A stretch of DNA of 64,000 nucleotides from Sphaerodactylus townsendi (GCF_021028975.2 NC_059425.1:155682001-155746000), one strand, 5' to 3'. Shown: positions 1-11,568, counted from the stretch's first letter. Numbers and translations: made by a program. The notes: generated by a model not told the origin, from the sequence alone.

Positions 1-638
1 GTAGACCACAATCTGAATATGAGTGTGATATGGCAGCCAAGAAAGCCAATGCAATTCTGGGAAGCAGCAATAAGAGTATTTTGAGGAATGTAATAGTTCT
101 ATTTTGAGGGATGTAATAGTACCACTGTATTCTGCATTGGTCAAACCTGACCTGGAATACTGTGTTCAGTTCTGGGCACCACAATTCAAGAAGGATATTG
201 ATAAGCTGGTACGAGTCCAGAGGAGGGCAACAAAAATGTTAAAAGATCTTGAATCCATGGCCTACAAGGAGAGTCTTGGGGAGATTGGTATGCTTAAACT
301 AGAGAGGAGGAGGTTAAGGGGTGACATGAAAGCCATGTTTAAATATTTGAAAGGATATCATGTTGAAGATGGAGCAAGCTTGTTTTCTGCTGCTCCAGAG
401 ACTAGGACAAGGAATAATGGAGTCAAGGTACAGGAAAAGAGCTATCTAGACAGTGGGAAGAATGTCCTGACAGTAAGTGCTGTTTGATTGTGGAATATAC
501 CTGCCTTGGTGGAGTCTCCTTCTTTGGAGGTTTTTAAACAGAGGCTAGATGGCCATCTGTCAGGAGTTCTTTGATTGTGTATTCCTGCACGCCGGGGATT
601 GTGAACTTGATGGCCCTTGTTGTCTCTTCCAACTCTAT
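1..638 (+). mobile_element. CR1 LINE 3' fragment (ORF2 C-terminus + 3'UTR); terminal (ATTCTATG)-type tail continues at 1101-1113 after a MITE insertion
   Basis: Translation VPLYSALVKPDLEYCVQFWAPQFKKDIDKLVRVQRRATKM...LERRRLRGD is the typical CR1 RT C-terminus; ends ttccaactctat|...|tatgattctatga. Confidence 0.93.
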
Positions 639-1100
639 GGCCGTTTCCGCACGGGCAAAATATGACGTCGTTCATAGCGGAAAAAGAAAGCGTCAGAAGC
701 CGGTAGGCGTTATGCCAAGCAGCAGCGCGCGAAGTCAGCGCCCGTCGCAAACGCTAAACGGCCAAGACGTGTATTCAGAAAAGCGCTTTAAAAGCCACTC
801 TTTTTTCCCCATGTAGCGCGCTCGGCGCTTCCGCTTCAGTCGCGAACAGCCGCCACGGAGCTATGCGTCACATAAATGGCGTCGGGCCTGCCGCGGCCGT
901 TAAAGTCTTGCCAGAAGCTAACGTCGCTGAGACGCCCGCTTCCGCCGAAGCGCTCAGGCGTGAGCAGTCACATTTCTGCGGGGCTGCGGGCGCCCGCGCT
1001 CCGCCTGTCTGCAATAATGGCTTCGCGCTTTTAGGATGCGTGCGCCCAATTGGCGCAAAGCGTCATACGCTGCCATGCTTTTGGCCGTCTTGAAGCAGCC
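639..1100. mobile_element. CpG-rich non-autonomous DNA transposon (PIF/Harbinger-like MITE)
   Basis: 3-bp TSD TAT (636-638/1101-1103); imperfect TIRs ggccgtttccgcacgggcaaaa / ttttggccgtcttgaagcagcc; splits the CR1 tail. Confidence 0.75.
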
Positions 1101-1299
1101 TATGATTCTATGACTGAAATAGCTGAACTATCTGCTTTATAAAGTAGGTAATGGGCTGCAGTGCCTGAATCAACTGGCTAATTGAAATCATTATATATCA
1201 TATGCACAGTAGATGAAGAAATGTGTATTTTTTCTGAATAGTGTTATTTAGTTATGTGATAGTATATGGACAGATTGTATAACATAATTGAGCATATAA

Positions 1300-1747
1300 G
1301 AAATACATACAAAAGGTAATGGCAAAGAGCCATGACAAAACATTCAGAAGATAAAGGAAGATAAGAAACGTAACACTCCAGAGTGGATAAAAAATTCTCA
1401 GAAATGTTGATACAGCAAATATAGACAGTGACAAATCAAATTAAGCAATCAGAAGAAAGAACTCCAAAAAAAATCAGACAAGCTTAAAAGAACAAACAAA
1501 AATGAATTAGGCAAGCAGAAAAGAACACACAACAGGGGATAAGAAAGGAAGTGCAAAGCTTGAGGCAGGAGATATCCAAAGGGTTATCAGAAATCCAAAA
1601 AAGTATACAAGAAAACACACAAGAATTATAAAAATTGAGGAAAGGCAGAAAGGCATTAACTTGCATTTAAAAGGTGAGATCTGTGAATAAAAAAGGCAAA
1701 CCAAAGGTTTGAAACCTTGGAAATGAAGCGCAGAAGTAACAATGTAC
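1300..1747 (+). mobile_element. Degraded L1-clade ORF1 remnant
   Basis: A-rich coiled-coil-like broken frames (QGIRKEVQSLRQEISKGLSEIQKSIQEN...) ending in ETLEMKRRSNNV, resembling the L1 ORF1 ENRSRRNN motif; boundaries approximate. Confidence 0.55.
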
Positions 1748-4043
1748 TATTAAATGTACTATGTACAATGTACTATTACCATTAAAGCACTTTTAATTGA
1801 GATTAAGCAATTAATGGCCCCATCCGGGGGGAGGGCAAATCGACTCTTGGGAGCAGTGCATATTTGGCCTCTCCGGGGCACTTACCCTGGCAAAGGGGCA
1901 AAAACGCCACAGTGCTCCAGGGTGCCCAAAAATGACACTGAGTGCTGCATCAGTGCTCCCAAGTCACAGTCAGCCTCATCAGTGCAGGAAGGGGGCAGGC
2001 TGGAAGCATTCCCAGGGTGTGGAGTTAACTGGCCTTTAGAGCTGGGAACATCACATCCTGGGCCTCGAAGTTACACCACCCAAAAGGCATGGGCATAAGC
2101 ACAATTGATAGTGGATGTCAGGCATGGTCAAGTTTTTCTGTCATTTCAAGGATGTTGCTGGACATAGTAGTTAAAGTGCTCCATTGCTGACAATATAACT
2201 ATAGCCACAATAACCAATAATATGGGTTAATGAAATGTATAAGCTCTAACCCACCCAGTTTCAGACACTTCACCCACCTGTATCTTTTTGGGTCCCCCCA
2301 CCAGTATTCAAGTGTTGAGCATAACTAGGATACAGCAATAGAGCATGTTCTAAGCATAACCTGCCCATGGGCACAAAGTCATCAGCAATACCTTGTCTAT
2401 TATTAAAGTCAAGTCCAAGTATGTAAATATTAACCAGACAAGTTTTAAAGGTGGGAAGGTAGAAGTGAGGTCCCAAAGTGTTCTATACTTTGGCCTATAC
2501 TTTGTCTCAGCAAAAGAAAAAAACCCAAATTGTAACTTCATTCACCACATGTTGGACCACCTTTGTTTTAGAATGCCCTGTTTGGGTTCTAGTGCCTACC
2601 TAACAGAACTAGGTAGGCACTAGGACCCAAACAGAGAATTCTAAAACAAAGATAGTCCAATATGTGGCAAAGAAGTTAACAACTTTGGGTTTTTTTCTTT
2701 TGCTGAAATAGGACTGCAAGGGCAGCAGAACTCTTAAAGATCTATTCATATTTTTAATACAGATATTTATGCATCATTTTCCACAGGGTCAATCCAGGGA
2801 TACCATTCATTTTTCTCCCAAACAATATTTGTATATATCTATATTCCTGGGGATGGTTTTGAGAACAACTGGATGGACTAGGTATCGAAAGTTTGAGTTA
2901 TGGCCCTCGGAATGCACAGGGAATGCATCAAAAACAAGAGAATCATACAAGCCAAGGTGAATGGTAGCAATCACCTGAGCCAAGGTGTTTGATTGCTTTC
3001 AGCAAAATGAGCTCAAATAGCATCCTACTTCCAGCAAATCTAATGATTTGGCAGGCTACTGTGTAAGAAAACCGACCCTTACAATCAGATGTTCAGTTTC
3101 TTAATAATCTATCATGTTTCAGATAGGTGCTTTGCTGTGAGCATGGTTAATTTACAAAAAGCATCACAGAAAGCCAAAAGTAATGAGCCAGAGGAGCCAA
3201 GCTGGCCTCTGCTAGCAGTGTGGTGATGACCACAACTTCTGTACTTTGTAGGAACTTGCCTTTTCAGTGTAACCCCCTCCCCCCACCCATATAATGAAGT
3301 GCATTATCTGATGAAACTATTTCATCCCTGCCAGAATTTCCAATATGCACTATATCAAAGTGTATACAGTATTTTTCTGTTCAGTTTATTGCATATTATA
3401 TCAAACCCATCATGTATTTTATTAGCTCTCTATACTTCATATTCATCCCATTATGCTTTACTAAGTCCAATGTAATCTTAAATCTACAATGCAATATATC
3501 ATTTCCTTTCTTTTGATCAGTATTACTTATAAGCTTTTTCTATATGCTTCAATAAGCCCCATTACATTATAAAAGCATTCACGAAAGAACACTTTTCAGC
3601 ATTTCTATAACAAACTGTATGATTTTAGGAGACCATGAATTGACTGTGGAAAGGTATAAATGGCTCTATCTAATGGATTTTGTGAGCAAGATATCTTAAA
3701 ATCTGTCTCATCTTATATACAGGAATGACATTTCCTGTCAAAGGGATGGGCCAATCATGGAATCCAGAACAAGAGACCGCTTAACAATTTTTTACAATGG
3801 AGTTATGGATTTTGGCTACCTTTAGGGTAAATGGATTTTGCCTTAAAAATCACTTGGCTGAAATCAGGGATTTTGACACAAATTGTTAATATTCCTTAAC
3901 AGTCAAAGCCTTTATTTTATTTACATCATTTATACCCTTGTCCCCAGCGTGAACCCAAAGTTGCTAATGTCATCATCCCCTGTACCATTGTAACCTTACA
4001 GTAGCCATATAAAGTAAGTTAGGCTGAGTGTGTGTGACTAGCC

Positions 4044-4455
4044 CAGTGGTGGCGAACCTATGGCACGGGTGCCAGAGGTGGCACTCAGAGCCCTTTCTTT
4101 GGGCACGCGTGGACAGAGTTCATCATGTGGGGGGCGGAAAATCACCCCCCCACCCACACACACACACCCCTAGGCTGGCCTGGGCATGATCCTTTACCTG
4201 GGAGTAAGCTCGGTTGCTGGCAATGGGGCTTGCTTCTGAGTAAACCCTCCGAAGGCTGTGATTCATCCATTCAAAGCGTTGCACGGTTGCTTCACCAAGC
4301 TTACTCCCGAGTAATATGTGCCTCGGAGCCAACTGTTTTTTCTAAACTAAAACCTTAGTATTCAGGTTAAATTGCCATGTTGGCACTTTGCGATAAATAA
4401 GTGAGTTTTGGGTTGCAATTTGGGCACTCGGTCTCAAAAAGGTTTGCCATCACTG
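4044..4455 (+). mobile_element. hAT MITE family A (internally shortened copy)
   Basis: TIR cagtggtggcgaacct / aggtttgccatcactg; perfect 8-bp TSD GACTAGCC; inserted in an old SINE. Confidence 0.9.
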
Positions 4456-4776
4456 GACTAGCCCATGGTGACCCAACAAATGTTCATGGCTGAGTGAGCA
4501 TTCAGACCTGGATGTCCCAGATCCTGATCAGTTTTAGGAGGACAACCATGTTGTCTACAGTAAAAGAACTTGATGTGAGTCCAGCAGCATCTCAGAGATG
4601 TTTGTTTTAGAGAGTCAAGGGTCTCTTCATCAGATACAAATTACAGAGATTCCTGAGCCCATATATCCTAGTCAAAACCTGAGGAGGGTACCACAGGGAA
4701 GGGGATTCGGATGCAAAGGTGCAATGCAAAATGTAATCAGCTTGATTAGAGCAAGGGGTATAAAATTAGCATCTGT

Positions 4777-5055
4777 AGAAGAAGAGTTTGGATTTATATC
4801 CCCCCTTTCCTGCAGGAGACTCAAAGGGGCTTACAGTCTCCTTGCCCTTCCCCCCTCACAACAAACACCCTGTGAGGTAGGTGGGGCTGAGAGAGCTCCG
4901 AGAAGCTGTGACTAGCCCAAGGTCACCCAGCTGGCGTGTGTGGGGGTGCACAGGCTAATCTGAATTCCCCAGATAAGCCTCCACAGCTCAGGGGGCAGAG
5001 CTGGGAATCAAACCTGGTTCCTCCAGATTAGATACACGAGCTCTTAACCTCCTAC
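4777..5055 (-). mobile_element. tRNA-derived CORE SINE (Squam3-like), 5' end clipped
   Basis: Near-identical to copies at 16463 and 61872; (CTT)n tail, CORE motif ctgggtgaccttgggctagtcac, B box on minus strand. Confidence 0.88.
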
Positions 5056-5220
5056 ATTCTTATTCAGTGCACCTTTTCTATCTTGACTCCCTTCTTTATA
5101 ACATTCTTGCCACCTTCTGACTGGAATAAAAGGGCTCTGATCTCCATTTCTACTTGTATCTGAAAAGGGGAGCTTTGAGTCTTAAAAGCTTATACCCCCC
5201 CAAATCTTGTTGGTCTCTAA

Positions 5221-5361
5221 GGCTCATTCCGCACATGCAGAATAATGCACTTTCAAACTAATTTCAGTTCTCTTTGAAGCTGTGCGGAATGGCAAAATCT
5301 ACTTGCAAACAGTTGTGAAAGTGGTTTGAAAACGCATTATTCTGCGTGTGCTGAAGGGGCC
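5221..5361 (+). mobile_element. 141-bp PIF/Harbinger-like MITE family H
   Basis: TIR ggctcattccgcaca / tgtgctgaaggggcc; TSD TAA; multiple copies in window. Confidence 0.88.
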
Positions 5362-6036
5362 TAAGTTGCTGCTTGAGTCAAATCTATACCCTGATTGGAC
5401 CCTCTAATCACTAGACCTCAATGGTTTTTGAAATATAACATCCATCAGAATTTTAAGGGGGCACCTTTAGAAATAGTCTGAAGTCAGTTTGCCACATTTC
5501 ATTGGGGAGATACAGGACAGGATGGAAAGCTGTGAATTTGCAGAAAGCAAAATATCAATGAGCACAGGGAGTTTTCTTTGGGGAAATTATAGGACCAGTA
5601 GCTTTGGTGCCTTAAAAGAGTGTGCTTGCTTCCAGAAAGCTCTCTCTCATATATTTCTTCATAGAACAAATAGAATTCTATTAATACTTTGATGTTTTGT
5701 CATTAACCCCTCCCCCCCAGTCCTATAGGATTTTTCTGGGGTTTCTCACTGCTTAGATACACGGGGAACATGTAGTCATGATGTATTGGTTCCCAGTAAC
5801 AATTTAGCCCGAGTGAGTAGAAATTCTGAGTCACCCCTCATGATCCAGTGTCTTTGTACGTACAAAATGCTATGAAGACATGTAGTATGTTTGCTGTATT
5901 TCTTTACAAGTATGTAGGTTGTGTAGATAGAAAGAGTTCACAGCTAGAGTTGCCAACAACATGGAGAAAAAAAATGTCCTGCTCCTTTACCAGGCTTTTA
6001 ATAGGATTCAATTTGCTTGGTGATACTTTTTATGCT

Positions 6037-6302
6037 GGGACAGCCAGCATGGCAAAGTGGTTAAGAGTGACAGACTCTAATCTGGAGAAATGAGCAGCAG
6101 ACTCCAACCTGGTAAACTAGGTTTGTTTTTTCTTCTCCACATGAAGCCTGCTGGGTAACCTTGGGCTAGTCACTCAGAACTCTCATCCCCACCTGTCTCA
6201 CAAGAGTGTTTGTTGTGGGGAGGGAAAGGGGAGGTGATTGTGAGCTGCTTTGAGACTCCTGAAAGGTAGAGAAAAGCAGGGTATAAAAATCAACTTTGCT
6301 TC
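6037..6302 (+). mobile_element. tRNA-CORE SINE (older subfamily)
   Basis: A-box-like tggcaaagtggttaagag, CORE motif gggtaaccttgggctagtcac, gggtataaaa tail. Confidence 0.8.
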
Positions 6303-6750
6303 TATCTCAGTACCATGAAAAGCAGCACCCCTCATGCAGCCCTGACAAGAATGCTTCATAGCTTTTAACGTTGATTTTATTGACTTACCGCTGGCAGCAA
6401 GTGTTCCCTTGGTTCCCGAGCCTGCAGATAGATTCAAGCATTTTCCACAATGAACTTTAGGGAATGACTAGTTTGAACCCTGGGTGTCTATTAAATGAAC
6501 ACTTTCTGTTCACTTTCAGCATTTGGGAAAGAAAGCTATTTCTTTGCTGGAAACAAGGGAATAGCACAGGCCATAACAATACTGTTTTCACACAAGACTC
6601 AGAATGTTTAAGATAAAGAATGCAATTAAACAGTGCTGAGCATTTTGAGACCACCCAGTGCCTATTTCAGGCTGGCTGTAGCTCTAGCTCCCACTCTCCC
6701 CTGGAATGTGCATTCAACAAAACTTGAAGCTAAGAAACTACTATATCACT

Positions 6751-7024
6751 TGGGTGCTGTGTGGTTTCCGGGCTGAATGGCCGTGTTCTAGGAGCATTCT
6801 CTCCTGACGGTTCGCCTGCATCTGTGGCTGGCATCTTCAGAGGATCTGATGTTGGGAAAGCAAGTGGAGTATATATATCTGTTGGAGTGTCCAGAGTGGG
6901 TGAAGAAACATTGTCTGTGAGTAACAAAGAAGGCAACTCCACTTGCTCCACTGCTAGAACACAGCCATACAGCCCGGAAACCACACAGCACTCAAGTGAT
7001 TCCGGCCGTGAAAGCCTTCGACAA
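6751..7024. mobile_element. Penelope-like element fragment with inverted pseudo-LTR and hammerhead ribozyme motif
   Basis: Inverted arms (~6751-6790 vs ~6953-6995); flanking 12-bp direct repeat TACTATATCACT; CUGAAGA...GAA core on minus strand at 6802-6845. Confidence 0.8.
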
Positions 7025-7818
7025 TACTATATCACTGTGGCCAGTAGTAGGAAACTATTGCTGAAAATCACACTATTTCCACATTAGTTTCCTAGGAAAA
7101 AAGGAAAAGGTCAAATTGTTGTTGTTGCTTTAAAAAGACCAGTAGATGTCAAGACTTTTCAAAGCATGTTTGCTAAAGGAAATCCCAAGTATGTAGGTTT
7201 AGGACTGCATTCTTAGAGTTATATTGCAGGTCCCCGCAATCGTTTCATTCCATTTAGGGGTCAATAAAATTGGACGCCCTCACCCAATCATTACCCAACT
7301 TGGGGTTTTCATGGCAAGAGAGTCACCTGGAGTTATGCTGAATATTTGGTGGCTCTACCTTGAAAAATAGCACACATACACACTCTGCCAGAATCCTGGA
7401 ATAATTCCCCATAATCTGCCACTGTCCAATTTGCACCAGAAACAGTGGAAACAATGAAGGATAAATGGCACACCCTCTTTGTGGGGTCCATAAAATCGGA
7501 CCCCTTAACCCAATCTTTATCAAACTCAGGGTTTCTTCTATGGAGAATCACCAGCAGCTATGCTACCAATTGGTGCCTCTATCAGAAAACAAACATGTGG
7601 TTCAGAGACCCATAAAAATTTCCCAATTTGGAGTAAAAATTTTTTTGAATAGCTGAAAAAAGCCTTAAAAACATACCAATTTGGCTTTCTTTGGAAATGC
7701 TAAGAATTCTTCAGTTTAATATACTTAAATCCAAAAAAGTCAAGAACAATAATCATATTTTGATTACACTCCTAGTCCTTGTGCCTACCAAAATGCTAGT
7801 CTGCATCCAACTCACCTT

Positions 7819-8088
7819 GGCCCTTTCCCCACTTACTGTTTGCTGCGCGCTACTCTGCCCAAATAGCGCGGGGTCCAGCGGTGCTCCCCACGAGTCCAGG
7901 CGGCGACAACGCAGCCGCCCCGACTCTGCCGCTCTCCCGCCCCCTCAGCATGAGTCATTTCTGGCGCTGATAAAACGCCACCTTTCATGACCCCGCGCAG
8001 AGCGCAGGGCAGTGGGGAACACGACCCCGCGCCAGAAATGACTCGCGCTGCGGGTAGCGCACCACAAACGGTAAGTGGGGAAAGGCCC
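7819..8088. mobile_element. GC/CpG-rich MITE (Harbinger-like)
   Basis: TIR ggccctttccccacttactgtttg / caaacggtaagtggggaaaggccc; 3-bp TSD CTT. Confidence 0.8.
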
Positions 8089-8321
8089 CTTGTCTTGCTG
8101 TTACTAGATGTCCCAGTCTTAAGAATACAGGCAAAAAGAACCATCTAGTCTTATTCAGTGACTTATTCATACAAATGAGCAGTTTAATTCGTTGAAGATT
8201 TATTGCAGCCTTTATTTCAAGGGTTTAGACTGAACTAATTTTATATAAGATTGCACTGTGCTGTATTACTAGGCTACAAATCCTGTCTGTAAATATTTCG
8301 GTTTTCTTTTCTTTTTTTCAG

Positions 8322-8580
8322 ATTATTACCATAAGAGACTACATCCCCAAAGTTATTGGTCCAGACGCTTTTAATGAATACATTGGTCCTTATAAAGGTT
8401 ACAGTCACACAGCAGATCCCACCGTAGCCAATGTCTTTTCTACAGCAGCTTTTCGCTTTGCTCACGCTGCAATTCATCCTGTAATAAAGAGACTCAACAC
8501 AGAGTATCAGAATGACCCAAATCTTCCCAACCTTAATTTGCATGAGGTTTTTTTTGCACCCTGGAGACTCATTAAAGAAG
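8322..8580 (+). CDS. TPO: Thyroid peroxidase exon (human exon 9 equivalent; contains proximal heme His)
   Basis: ttttcag|...|gt; 259 bp; IITIRDYIPKVIGPDAFNEYIGPYKGY...AAFRFAHAAIHP...FFAPWRLIKE. Confidence 0.97.
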
Positions 8581-8839
8581 GTACTTTTTGCAGTTTAATT
8601 ACATCTTTTTACATTATTGCAAAGATATTACGAATTGAATTCCTGTCAGATCAGGAAAATTTTCATTTCATAGACATCCAGACTGTCAAACAGGGGCTGG
8701 GACATGCAAAGCTGATGAAAGCATTTTAGAGCATAAATTAAAGTTGAGGTTACATTAAAATACTGAACGAGTTAACTCAAATCTGGTGATTTCTTGGCCC
8801 CACTACTACTGCTACGATTACTATGTCTTTGTTTTTCAG

Positions 8840-9010
8840 GAGGTTTAGACCCCTTGCTAAGGGGGATGTTGGCAACCGCCGCAAAGCTCCAGGTACAGGA
8901 TCAACTGCTGAATGAGGAACTAACTAGGAAGCTCTTTGTATTGTCTAATAATGGTTCACTCGATTTAGCATCACTAGATTTACAACGGGGACGTGATCAT
9001 GGGCTCCCAG
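8840..9010 (+). CDS. TPO: Thyroid peroxidase exon (exon 10 equivalent)
   Basis: tttcag|...|gtatat; 171 bp, phase 1-1; [12 protein letters not shown]...[17 protein letters not shown]. Confidence 0.97.
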
Positions 9011-9194
9011 GTATATTGCCCTTTTAATGTCCTGTGCTGTGAACTGATCCATTACTTCTTAGAATGCAGAGCAAGTAAGTGTATTTAAACCTGTACTGTC
9101 CAAACAGAAGGGCACTTCTGTTCGTGCAAAAAAGGGGGGAACTTCTATAATGTTCAGCTGGAGCTTTCACTCCAAATCCCATTCTATTTTCTGA

Positions 9195-9320
9195 GGCCCC
9201 TTCCGCACACGCAAAATAATGCGTTCTCAAACCACTTTAACAACTGTTTGCAAGTGGATTTTGCCATTCCGCACTGAAAGTAGTTTGAAAGTGCATTATT
9301 CTGCATGTGCGGAATGAGCC
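9195..9320 (-). mobile_element. MITE family H copy (15-bp internal deletion)
   Basis: Reverse complement of the 5221 element; TSD TGA. Confidence 0.85.
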
Positions 9321-10486
9321 TGAGCGTTTCTGACCATAAAGACTGGCTTTTTTACTGCTGCCCAGAGCTGTACTATGAAGTGGATGATGAAACCAAAATT
9401 TGCTGTAGATTTCTTAGGTAATATCAACTATAAGTTATATCAGAATGTAATATTAGTTAATTAACTGGCAGTGAAAATTGTACTTTAAAAGAAATTTAGT
9501 CACTGTGATACATGTTTTCTGTACATGTTTTCAGACCATTTTTCTTTCTCATAGTCTTTTCTCCACTTAGTTGAATCTATCAGTAAGAGACTTCGCTTGA
9601 GTATATGGTATGTGAATAAGGTTGCAGGGTTTCAGGATGCCTTGGTTGCAGGATGCCTTGTTCATTCAGCATGAATCTCATTCTAGACAAGTGACTTGTG
9701 CATGTTTATGCAATAGTAAGTGCCAGTCAATTCAACGGGACTTATTTCCAAGCAAGTATGTTCTGAATCACAAGTTTGTGCAGTCCAGAGAATGCTTAAC
9801 TGGAGATAAGTGACACTGAATTCTGTAGCACTTACTAGGGCTGGGAGTGGGGAATCTGCACCCCAGGCCCTATCCCCAGCCATCAGTCATCACGGCTGCA
9901 GGAGGACTTAGCAGTGGGAGAAACCTAGGTCAGAATCACAGAAACATTGTCAGAAACACTGCAATGTCGCTCCCAGCACCTCATAGGAAGTGATGTCATT
10001 GCATCACTGGTGACACAAGTTGCTGTGGTATGTGGTCAAATACTTTATGATAAACAGCTTCTATTATACAGGTTTTACCCAGATATCACAGTATCTCTGC
10101 ATCACTGGTGATGCAATGCCACCAGTTCTGATGTGTGCCAGAGTGGTGTTGGCACATCGCCAGAGAAATCACTGCAATGCCAGTCTAGACCCCTTCCTCC
10201 ATCTTTTGGTAAGCCCCCCTACACACCAATTACCAGGAGGAAAATGGCAAGCCTAGCACTTATTGATTTGACAGATAAGTGTTCTGAGCTCTTCGGAGGA
10301 GAGGAAGGAAGTCACTATGATAAATGTATCTTTCATGTCATGTCTCAACATTTTAATGTTTGATTTTGATTTTTAAAAAATTATTTTTAACCTGCCCTTT
10401 TCTGATTATGTCAGGCTCAACATACAATATTAGTATTGGTATAATAGTATTCAGAACAACAAACCCTAACAACAATCATCAGGGCC

Positions 10487-10638
10487 CAGAGGCGGAGCGA
10501 GGGAAAACTGTGCTCAGGGCACGCACATGCACTGTGCCCCTGCCGCGGCGCCCCTGCCCCTCCACAGCCCGGCCATGCCTCCACCACAGTTCCGCCTGTG
10601 GTGTTGTACCCCCCCTCCCCCTGGGCGCTACGTCACTG
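10487..10638. mobile_element. Short GC-rich hAT MITE family C
   Basis: cagaggcggagc...gctacgtcactg ends; perfect 8-bp TSD TCAGGGCC. Confidence 0.8.
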
Positions 10639-10781
10639 TCAGGGCCACATATTCAAAGTTAAGAAGATCCAAGGTTATCTCTTGTAGCAGGTTTGGTCCA
10701 GCATTTTAAAAATAAAACACATCTCACGTAGTAAAGCCTTTAACCGAAAGCTGTTTGAATTTTGCTATGTAATATTTGTAG

Positions 10782-11019
10782 GTTACAATGAATGGCGAGA
10801 ATTCTGTGACTTGCCAAGAGTAACAACAGAAACTGACCTGGCAATAGCAATAGAGAACAAGAACGTTGCTAAAACAATCATGGAATTATATGGCAACCCC
10901 AACAACATTGATGTCTGGCTAGGCGGTATAGTTGAAAACCTTTTACCAGGTGCCAGAACAGGCCCATTGTTTGCTTGTATCATTGGAAAACAGATGAAAG
11001 CACTAAGAGAGGGTGACCG
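10782..11019 (+). CDS. TPO: Thyroid peroxidase exon (exon 11 equivalent)
   Basis: tgtag|...|gtaagt; 238 bp; [12 protein letters not shown]...NIDVWLGG...[20 protein letters not shown]. Confidence 0.97.
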
Positions 11020-11266
11020 GTAAGTACATCTGTGTTGTTTCTTTCTTCATCTTGCTTTGATTTCAAATATTCTGGTACCAGGTCAGGAGCAGAAAATGAA
11101 CATGGGTAGATTTTGGTAGGATCTCAACTTTTTACTCTTATAGGTGGTGTTGGTATATGCGATAGGCAGACAAAGCCAATGTTTTAACTTCTAGTTGGGG
11201 ATGTTTGAACTGTGCGTGCAGGGAAGTTAATGTGAATGCAGTCCTTGCAACTGATCCTGCCAAGCT

Positions 11267-11443
11267 TTTACCTTGCTCTTTCACCAGGGACTCTTCCTTT
11301 AAACATATGATGAAGCTACCCTATGGCATCAGACCCTTTGTCTATAGATGACAGTATCTACTCTGACTTACAGTGGTTTTGGATATAGTTTGGATATGTA
11401 TATATAGGATATATCCATGGTTTTGGATATAGGTCTTTCTCAT
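11267..11443 (+). repeat. 177-bp local duplication, copy 1
   Basis: Matches 14071-14247 with one visible mismatch. Confidence 0.9.
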
Positions 11444-11568
11444 CACCTACTGCCTGATCCTTTTAATTTTTAGAATGTTGGGAAGGAATCTGGGAACTTT
11501 TTGCATGCAAAGTAGATTAGCCATAATCCCTGCCTGTTTCAAGAGACACTCTGGGGAATTCTATGCTG

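Larger units (their letters stand above)
4530..5390. mobile_element. Old Penelope-like element relic, interrupted by a SINE and a MITE
   Basis: Inverted decayed hammerhead-like motifs (ctcttcatcagatac ~4623-4637; gtatctga..aaagcttatac ~5156-5195); boundaries approximate. Confidence 0.45.

Noticed and set aside
104-487. 127-aa ORF as a host gene
   Set aside because: It is a decayed CR1 ORF2 fragment with adjacent frame disruptions
3723-3826. AG...GT-bounded exon-like segment
   Set aside because: No peroxidase similarity and not needed for the TPO exon chain
1-8321. TPO exon 8 (distal heme region) in the window
   Set aside because: No frame with AGDxR or REHN motifs seen; the exon must lie upstream
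8794-9027. ORF with signal-peptide-like N-terminus ([15 protein letters not shown])
   Set aside because: Starts at a TTG in the intron; it is polypyrimidine-tract read-through into exon 10
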